From Phycisphaerae bacterium (lineage in GTDB: Bacteria > Planctomycetota > Phycisphaerae > UBA1845 > Fen-1342): a stretch of DNA of 64,000 nucleotides. Of the stretch, positions 57,542-64,000 are shown in pieces. The stretch's first letter is position 1. Each line of letters starts with the position of its first letter. Location: positions 512,001 through 576,000 of the forward strand of contig CAXXWX010000026.1 of NCBI GenBank assembly GCA_963675745.2. The letters run 5' to 3'. Made by a program: the position numbers and the translations under genes. Under the pieces are notes generated by a model. That model had not been told where the DNA came from and ran no database searches. It was given only the letters and a program-made list of their open reading frames with translations.

Positions 57542-58657
57542 ATGCGAGTGAAACGAGAAACGGTGACGGCAATGATCGCCGCGGCGGCGTTGGTGGCGGT
57601 GGCGGCGGGCGAAGTCCTGGTCCAGGATATCGCGCATCTTCAAGGCGAACACGTCAACCGCCTGATGGGTTATGGCCTGGTGGTGGGGCTCAACGGGACC
57701 GGCGACGGTGGGAAGAACCCGCGCACACTGCGGGCGCTCGCGGCACTGCACCAGCGCTACGAACAGAACATCCTGGCGCTCGAGGAACTCGAAAACGACA
57801 AGAACGTTGCGATGGTCATTGTCGAGGTGGAGACGCCAAAGCTCGGCTGGCGTTCGGGAGAGCGGCTGGATGTGGTGGTTTCGGCGCTAGGAGCCAAGAG
57901 CCTGGTCGGCGGACAACTCCTGACGGCGCCGCTGCAAGTGGCCCCCCTTCCCAAGAACGCCCCCCCCACACTGGCGCGCATCTGGGCCCTGGCTGGCGGC
58001 AAGATCGAGGTCGACCCGAAATCAGCGCCCACGCGCGGGATCATCCGGGGCGGCGCCGTGATGGAGGCTGACAACTACCACAGTTTCATCCGCGATCACT
58101 ACATGACACTCATCCTGGACGACGCGCGGGCCGGCTTCCCGCTCGCCCAGATGGTCGCACGCGCCATCAATCAGGAAACCGCCGATCCCGGCGTCGGCGG
58201 GATTTACGAGCGCGGCGAAGACGGCCAACTCGTCGTGCAGCAAGACGTGGCGTTCGCCGTCAGCCCAAAAGAAGTGCGGGTGATGATACCTTCATACGAG
58301 GCGAGCCAGCCGGCGAACTTCATCAGCCGTGTTCTGCAAACACCCCTCTTCACCATGCCCAAGCAGCAGGCGCGCGTGACGATCAACCGGCGCACCAACC
58401 ACATCGTCATGACCGGGACCGTGAGCATCCTGCCAACGGTTGTACAGATCCCCGGACTGGGCACAGTCGCCGTCGGCGGTGAACAGGGAGCCGGCGGCGT
58501 CGTGGGCATGACGACCGAGGAAGCCGATTCAGTCGAGTTTCAGCAACTGCTGACGACGCTCCAGCAACTGCAACTCGACGCCGAGCAGACCGTCAGCGTG
58601 ATCGAGCAGTTGCACCGCGCCGGCACGCTACAGGCCCAACTAATCTACACGGAGTAG
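57542..58657 (+). CDS. flgI: flagellar P-ring protein FlgI
   Basis: N.LMGYGLVVGLNGTGD, KNVAMV, AKSLVGG.L and AGTLQAQL. Confidence 0.92.
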   Translation: MRVKRETVTAMIAAAALVAVAAGEVLVQDIAHLQGEHVNRLMGYGLVVGLNGTGDGGKNPRTLRALAALHQRYEQNILALEELENDKNVAMVIVEVETPKLGWRSGERLDVVVSALGAKSLVGGQLLTAPLQVAPLPKNAPPTLARIWALAGGKIEVDPKSAPTRGIIRGGAVMEADNYHSFIRDHYMTLILDDARAGFPLAQMVARAINQETADPGVGGIYERGEDGQLVVQQDVAFAVSPKEVRVMIPSYEASQPANFISRVLQTPLFTMPKQQARVTINRRTNHIVMTGTVSILPTVVQIPGLGTVAVGGEQGAGGVVGMTTEEADSVEFQQLLTTLQQLQLDAEQTVSVIEQLHRAGTLQAQLIYTE

Positions 58658-58666
58658 GACGCAGCG

Positions 58667-59128
58667 ATGGCAATCAGCGCAATCAGCGACAGCACATGCG
58701 CCAACAGCCCGGCGATCATCAGCAGCGCCGGCTCACAGCAGCGGCTGCGCAGCCTGCTCAGCGTCGCCGGACACGGGACGAGGCTCATCAGCGATGGAGA
58801 CATCCAGAACGCGGCGGCGTTGCTCGTCTCGGAGATGGCCTTCAAACCGATGCTGGAGGAGATGCGCAAAACCAAGTTCGGAAGCGCATTCCTCGACGGA
58901 GGGCGAACGGAGGAGATATTCGGCCAGCAGCTTGATGAGCGCATGGCGGACATCGCTGCGCGCTCGGGGCGCAACGGGATGATGGAGCAAATCGCGCGTG
59001 TACTCACGCCGCGGCCCGAACGACTCGGGACCGATAGCGACGAGCCGCGGGCTTCAACCAGCGCGGCCACATATTCGCAGGGCGTCGGCGAGAACGCGCG
59101 CGCTGATTCAGTAAGGGTGCTGGCATGA
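58667..59128 (+). CDS. flgJ: rod-binding FlgJ-like protein (no muramidase domain)
   Basis: PMLEEMRK...GGRTEEIF..QLDE..A; position after flgI. Confidence 0.7.
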   Translation: MAISAISDSTCANSPAIISSAGSQQRLRSLLSVAGHGTRLISDGDIQNAAALLVSEMAFKPMLEEMRKTKFGSAFLDGGRTEEIFGQQLDERMADIAARSGRNGMMEQIARVLTPRPERLGTDSDEPRASTSAATYSQGVGENARADSVRVLA

Positions 59129-59676
59129 GACGGACAACGGGAACCCCCCGGGTTGTTGATACCGCGGCGAACAGTGATTCTCCAGCGAGCGAGTTGGTAC
59201 GTTGCCTGGCCGACACGCAAACGCAGCTCCGGGAGTTGCTGAGAATCGCCAGGGATAAGCTCGAGGCGATGCGGACGGCGGATGTTGCGACGCTGAACGC
59301 CTGCACTCGGAGCGAGGTTGATCTGCTCCAGCGTGTCTATCGCGGTGAACAGCAAAGGAACGCAGTTGTTGCGCGCCTGGCGCAGACTCTGCCGGGCGGG
59401 CGCAGGCGTGAACTCTCGCTCAATCAGATCGCGGGGCAGTCGCCCGAGCCGGTTCGATCGCGATTGCAGGCCCAAATCGCCGGTTTGCGCACCGCCGCCA
59501 CGGAACTCAAGCGAGAAAACGATCTGAATTCGCGTGTGGCACGCGACCTGCAAAGGCACATCCGCGGCGTGTTCTCAGCCTTGGGCAACGCACGCCGCGA
59601 GACGGCGGTGTATGGCCAGGATGGCCAGCACCACAGATCGAGTAAGTCGCAGATGATCTTGGACGCGACGGGATAA
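59125..59676 (+). CDS. flgN: FlgN family flagellar chaperone
   Basis: Helical protein with L..EN.LN and a C-terminal YG..G; position before flgK. Confidence 0.72.
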   Translation: MRRTTGTPRVVDTAANSDSPASELVRCLADTQTQLRELLRIARDKLEAMRTADVATLNACTRSEVDLLQRVYRGEQQRNAVVARLAQTLPGGRRRELSLNQIAGQSPEPVRSRLQAQIAGLRTAATELKRENDLNSRVARDLQRHIRGVFSALGNARRETAVYGQDGQHHRSSKSQMILDATG

Positions 59677-59681
59677 TCAGA

Positions 59682-61445
59682 GTGGCTGGAATCGGGAACT
59701 CATTACAGATCGGGCGCAGCGCGTTGGCGGCGTATCAGGCGGCGATTTCCATCGTCGGCCAGAACATCGCGAACGTTGGCAATCCAGACTATACGCGCCA
59801 GACCGGGCGGATGATGCCGATTTCGGGTAATCGCGGCGTGGACGGTCCCGCCGGGGGTGTTGGGGCCGGCGTCCAGTTGTCCGCGCTCGAACGCCACATG
59901 GATGTCGCGCTCGAGGAGCGGCTGCGCGATGCAAACAGCACGCGGGCGGCGGCGGAGACGCGTTACGGCTACCTGAGCCAGATCGAAACGCTCTACAACG
60001 AGTTGAGCGATAGCGACCTTTCGACCCTGCTCAGCGAGCTTTACGGCGCGTTTGGCGCCTTGCAGTCAGACTCCGAAGACGCTGGCTTGCGCGACATCGC
60101 GCTGGCGGCCGCTGATGCGGTAGTCCGGACGATCCACCAACAGCGCGACGGACTGGCCCAGTTGATCGGGCAGATGAATAACGCCGCCGAACTCGCGGTC
60201 GAGCAGGTGAATTCACTCTGTGGCGAGATCGCCGAGCTCAACGAGATGATTGTCGAACAGGAATCGGACGGCCAGCAATCGGCCAGCGCCTTGCGCGATC
60301 GGCGCGACACGCTGTTGCGCGATTTGTCGGACCTGATGGACGTCAATGTTCGCTACCAGGAGAACGGGACGGCGAACGTCTATGCGGGCAGCTCGGCGTT
60401 GGTGGAGTTCAATCGTCCGCGGACACTGGAGGTCGACCGGGACTTCCACGAGGGCTTTGAGGTCGCCGAGGTGCGGTTCACCGACGACCGGAGCATCGCC
60501 GTGTTCAGTGCCGGTGAGTTGGCAGGCATCGTCAACACGCGTGACGAACAGATCGTCGACCAGATTGAGCGGCTCGACCAGCTCGCCAACGGCGTGATCT
60601 ATGAAACCAACCGCGTACACTCGACCGGCGTGGGGCTGGTGGGCCGCACGCAGGCTCACGGTACCTACGACGTACTCGACGCGGACGCGGTCCTGAACTC
60701 GGATGCCGCGGGCCTGCCCTTCGCGGTCAGCAACGGGACCTTCATCGTCAACGTGCGCAACGAGCTGTCGGGCGAGACGATCACGCGGCAGATCGAAGTC
60801 GACCTCGACGGCATCGGCCAGGCTGTGCAGGTGCAGGATCCGGTCACAGGCGCGCTGGTCTGGCAGGGTGGCGACACGACGCTGCGCAGTCTGGCCGCCG
60901 CGCTCGATGCCGTGGACGGGCTGAGCGCGTCAGTCAGCTCCGACCTGTGTCTGGACATCGAGGCCGATGCCGGCGCGGAATTCTGGTTCTCGGATGATTC
61001 TTCGGGCGCCCTGGCGGCGCTGGGGATTAACTCGCTGTTCGAGGGAACCAACGCCGCCAATATCGAGGTCAGCGATGAAGTCGTGGCCGACGCGCGCCTG
61101 GTCGCCGCGTCGATGAACGGCCAGATCGGCGACGGGGACAACGCGGGCCGGCTGTCCGTCCTCGGCGGCGAGAGCAGCGCGCTCTATGGCAACATGAGCG
61201 CCGAGGACTTTCACGATCGGATGATCGGCGATCTCGCGGTGCAGACGGCCGCGGCGTTGACCGAACACGAAGCCTCCAGCGCCGTACACGCGGGACTGAA
61301 TGCCCAGCGTGAGGCAATCAGCGGCGTGAGCCTGGATGAGGAGGCGATTCGGCTTTCCACATATGAACGTTCGTTCCAGGGAGCGAGTCGCTTTCTGAAC
61401 GTGGTGAATGACCTGACGGATGAGCTGCTGGGGCTGCTGAACTAG
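59682..61445 (+). CDS. flgK: flagellar hook-associated protein 1
   Basis: GQNIANV..PDYTRQ, LRDRRD.L and SGVSLDEEA. Confidence 0.93.
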   Translation: MAGIGNSLQIGRSALAAYQAAISIVGQNIANVGNPDYTRQTGRMMPISGNRGVDGPAGGVGAGVQLSALERHMDVALEERLRDANSTRAAAETRYGYLSQIETLYNELSDSDLSTLLSELYGAFGALQSDSEDAGLRDIALAAADAVVRTIHQQRDGLAQLIGQMNNAAELAVEQVNSLCGEIAELNEMIVEQESDGQQSASALRDRRDTLLRDLSDLMDVNVRYQENGTANVYAGSSALVEFNRPRTLEVDRDFHEGFEVAEVRFTDDRSIAVFSAGELAGIVNTRDEQIVDQIERLDQLANGVIYETNRVHSTGVGLVGRTQAHGTYDVLDADAVLNSDAAGLPFAVSNGTFIVNVRNELSGETITRQIEVDLDGIGQAVQVQDPVTGALVWQGGDTTLRSLAAALDAVDGLSASVSSDLCLDIEADAGAEFWFSDDSSGALAALGINSLFEGTNAANIEVSDEVVADARLVAASMNGQIGDGDNAGRLSVLGGESSALYGNMSAEDFHDRMIGDLAVQTAAALTEHEASSAVHAGLNAQREAISGVSLDEEAIRLSTYERSFQGASRFLNVVNDLTDELLGLLN

Positions 61446-61476
61446 CCGGCCCGGCCGCGAAGATGAAGCTCTGGAA

Positions 61477-63381
61477 ATGGCGATAATACCGGTCAACCTG
61501 GCCCGCGTCAGTCAGAACCTGCGGAGCTACAACCTGCTGCGTACGGTGCAGTCCAGCCAGGCTAAGCTCTTCAGCACGCAGAATCAGCTCGCCACCGGTC
61601 TGAAATTCCAGGCACCTAGCGAGGCCCCTTCGGCGGCCGCCGCCACCCAGGCGGTGGATCGGCAACTCGATCGCGTCAGCCAGGTCAAAAACAACCTGAC
61701 GACGGCGAACGCCACACTGAGCGCGGCGGAGTCCGCGATGGATGAGGCGATCGAGCTGATGCGCGAAGCCAAGCGCGTGACGATCGAGGGCACCAGCGAC
61801 ACGGTGAGCGATACCGAACGAGCATCGCTGGCCATCGTGGTCACGGCGCTGATCGACCAGGCGATCTCCATCGGCAACCGCCAGCATCTGGGGACCTACC
61901 TGTTCAGCGGAGACCGCGGGGGAGAAGCGCCGTTTGAGTGGGCGCTTTCGGGCGTGCAATTCAACGGTGATGAGGGGCGTCGCGAGACGATCATCGCGAC
62001 CGATCTCTCGCAGGACTCCTTCACCATCTCGGGCCAGGAGTTCTTCGGCGCGGTTTCGACGCCGGTGGTCGGTGCGGCCGACCTTTCGCCGGCGGTAACG
62101 GCGGATACGCGCATCCGCGACCTGCGTGGCCCGGCGGGTGAGCCGCCCGAGCTGGGCAGCGTTTCGTTCAGCGACGGAGCAGCCCAGGTTACGATTGATC
62201 TCAGCGGCGCGGACACGGTCGGCGACATAGTCGACAAGCTCAACCAGGAGCTGCCGGCGGCGCTGTCCGCCGAAATCGTCGGCAACCGCCTGCACGTCAC
62301 GGGGGGAGTCGCACTGGCCGTACAGGATGTCGGCGGCGGCAACACCACGCGGTCGCTGGGCATTACGACACCACTGGGCGGTGCCACCGAGGTGTTCAGC
62401 AGCGACCTCGATCCAATGTTGACGCTGCGGACGACGATTACCCAGTTGTATGACGGCGCCGGCGCCGATCTGGCCGGCGGCATCCGAATCCGCAACGGCG
62501 AGTTGTCGGCTGAGATCGACCTGGCCCGTGCCGAGACTGTGGAAGACATCGTAAACCTGATCAACAGCGCCGGTGTGGGCGCCTGGGCCCGGATCAGTGA
62601 TGACGGTGATCACATCGACATCCACAATCGCGTGTCGGGCACGGATCTGACCGTGGAGGAAGCCGGCGGATCGGCGGCGACAAACCTGGGGATTCGCACC
62701 ATCTCCGACGAGGTCACGCTCGACGCTCTCAATCTCGGCAAAGGCGTCAACACGATTACGGGCGATGACATCCACATCACCACGTCTGATGGCACGGTGC
62801 TCGACTTTGATGTTGACCAGGCGCTCACGCTGGAACAACTGTTCGATCTGCTCAACGCCGACGGCGCCATCTCCGCCGCTTTCGCAACCGACGGCAACGG
62901 GATCGTGATTACCGACAACACGGCGGGCGGGGGCACGCTGTCTGCCGAGGCCATTAACCTCTCACCGGCCCTGGGCGGTCTGGGACTGGACGTCGTGGCG
63001 GACGCCAACGGGCAACTGGTGGGGACAGAGATCAACCCCATTCGCGTGGAGAGCACGTTCACCACGCTGCTGGAGATCCGCGAAGGGATGGAGCAAAACG
63101 ACACGCGGATGTTGACCTTCGCCGGCGAGCGGCTGGAACGCACACTGGATCACATGGAGCGTGTGCGCGGACAGATGGCGGCGCAGGCCAAAGTTATGGA
63201 CGAGCGCCTGGAGCGAATCGAGAGCGAAGAGACATTCGCCCAGGTGTTGAGAAGCGACATCCGGGACGTGGATATCACCGAAGCGGTAGTGCGTTTCCAG
63301 CAGGTGGAGAACGCGTTGCAGGCAAACCTCACGACCGCTTCGCGCGTGATGAATCTGTCATTGATTGACTACTTGCGGTAG
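61477..63381 (+). CDS. flgL: flagellar hook-associated protein 3
   Basis: QLATG.K...PSE.P, YLFSG and D.DITEA...LSLIDYLR. Confidence 0.9.
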   Translation: MAIIPVNLARVSQNLRSYNLLRTVQSSQAKLFSTQNQLATGLKFQAPSEAPSAAAATQAVDRQLDRVSQVKNNLTTANATLSAAESAMDEAIELMREAKRVTIEGTSDTVSDTERASLAIVVTALIDQAISIGNRQHLGTYLFSGDRGGEAPFEWALSGVQFNGDEGRRETIIATDLSQDSFTISGQEFFGAVSTPVVGAADLSPAVTADTRIRDLRGPAGEPPELGSVSFSDGAAQVTIDLSGADTVGDIVDKLNQELPAALSAEIVGNRLHVTGGVALAVQDVGGGNTTRSLGITTPLGGATEVFSSDLDPMLTLRTTITQLYDGAGADLAGGIRIRNGELSAEIDLARAETVEDIVNLINSAGVGAWARISDDGDHIDIHNRVSGTDLTVEEAGGSAATNLGIRTISDEVTLDALNLGKGVNTITGDDIHITTSDGTVLDFDVDQALTLEQLFDLLNADGAISAAFATDGNGIVITDNTAGGGTLSAEAINLSPALGGLGLDVVADANGQLVGTEINPIRVESTFTTLLEIREGMEQNDTRMLTFAGERLERTLDHMERVRGQMAAQAKVMDERLERIESEETFAQVLRSDIRDVDITEAVVRFQQVENALQANLTTASRVMNLSLIDYLR

Positions 63382-63477
63382 GAGCGCGCACCGGCCCGCG
63401 GGCCGGATAGGAGACACGGGAACGAGGCAGTTGGCATCGTGACGGGCAGTCGTGATTCGGCCCGTGGCGACCGGGTA

Positions 63478-63496
63478 CATCGGCAGGATGCCGATG
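63478..63496. repeat. REP-like palindrome CATCGGCAGGATGCCGATG
   Basis: Same CGGCAGGATGCC core as at 3923-3934. Confidence 0.6.
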
Positions 63497-63604
63497 CGGG
63501 TCCGGAGGACCCGGCCAAACTGACGGCTGGTCAGAGCAGCGGCCGACGGCGGCCGAACCGTCAGCACGGTTGACCCGACCTGGCAGAATCACAGGAGCAG
63601 TTTC

Positions 63605-64000
63605 ATGCTCATCGAAACGACTCGTTTTGGCACGCTGGAGGTCGATGGGACGCGGATCATCGAGTTCAAGGACGGGCTGCTGGGCTTCCCGAAGCACAAG
63701 CGCTATGCGCTGATCCAGACGTCGTCCGATCCGATGTTCTTCTGGCTTCAGTCGGTAGAAGACCCGAGCCTGGCGTTCGTGGTCTGTGATCCGCTGGCGT
63801 TCGTGCCGGATTACCAGATCCCGATCAGGGCCGATGATCTCAAGGCACTGGGGCTGCGCGACGTGGCGGACAGCCAGGTGCTGGTGATCGTCAATCGCGT
63901 GGACGAGCATCTGACGGCCAACCTGCTGGGTCCGCTGGTCGTCGGGGCCACGTCACTCAAGGCGCGCCAGATGGTTCTGTCCGATCGCAAGTACACGACG
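63605..64000 (+). CDS. fliW: flagellar assembly factor FliW (CsrA antagonist); runs off the window edge
   Basis: Manual translation MLIETTRFG...F.DGLLGF...FFWLQS.EDP.LAFVV.DP..F.PDY...TANLLGPLVV; AGGAG RBS. Confidence 0.92.
   Translation, partial: MLIETTRFGTLEVDGTRIIEFKDGLLGFPKHKRYALIQTSSDPMFFWLQSVEDPSLAFVVCDPLAFVPDYQIPIRADDLKALGLRDVADSQVLVIVNRVDEHLTANLLGPLVVGATSLKARQMVLSDRKYTT

Noticed and set aside
53812..64000. Unusual flagellar features (short FlgJ, no flgM, long FlgL)
   Set aside because: Such variants are known in non-enteric flagellar systems, so they are not treated as novel.

Overview
GC-rich bacterial window, most likely Planctomycetota (Phycisphaerae-like). This assignment is inferred from PEPASL...RRR sorting tails, a dockerin/EF-hand C-terminus, a DUF2617-like gene and the flagellar gene order. 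Positions 1-15.3 kb hold a complete reductive pyrimidine catabolism cluster: a fused PreT-PreA dihydropyrimidine dehydrogenase, dihydropyrimidinase, beta-ureidopropionase, an NCS1 permease, a class III aminotransferase and (methyl)malonate-semialdehyde dehydrogenase. It is interrupted by REP-like palindromes, a decayed IS4 transposase, two secreted proteins and a degenerate copy of the preA 3' end. Positions 15.5-20 kb encode a 2-oxoacid:acceptor oxidoreductase whose gamma subunit is fused to a GltD-like flavoprotein and a ferredoxin. Next come MlaD, a response regulator, a frameshifted flippase, tRNA-Asp, an FHA-GAF-PP2C phosphatase, an octaheme lipoprotein cytochrome c, a Lys-rich histone H1-like gene behind smc and a long hairpin RNA candidate. 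Three tandem PEP-CTERM paralogs share a conserved two-hairpin 5' leader. The rest is a membrane-fused spermidine synthase, ribF, purL, accA, a half-length uvrA, TPR genes and a sigma54-preceded flagellar operon flgFGAHIJNKL-fliW. Several frameshifts may be sequencing errors. All calls come from motif recognition by eye; no database searches were run.
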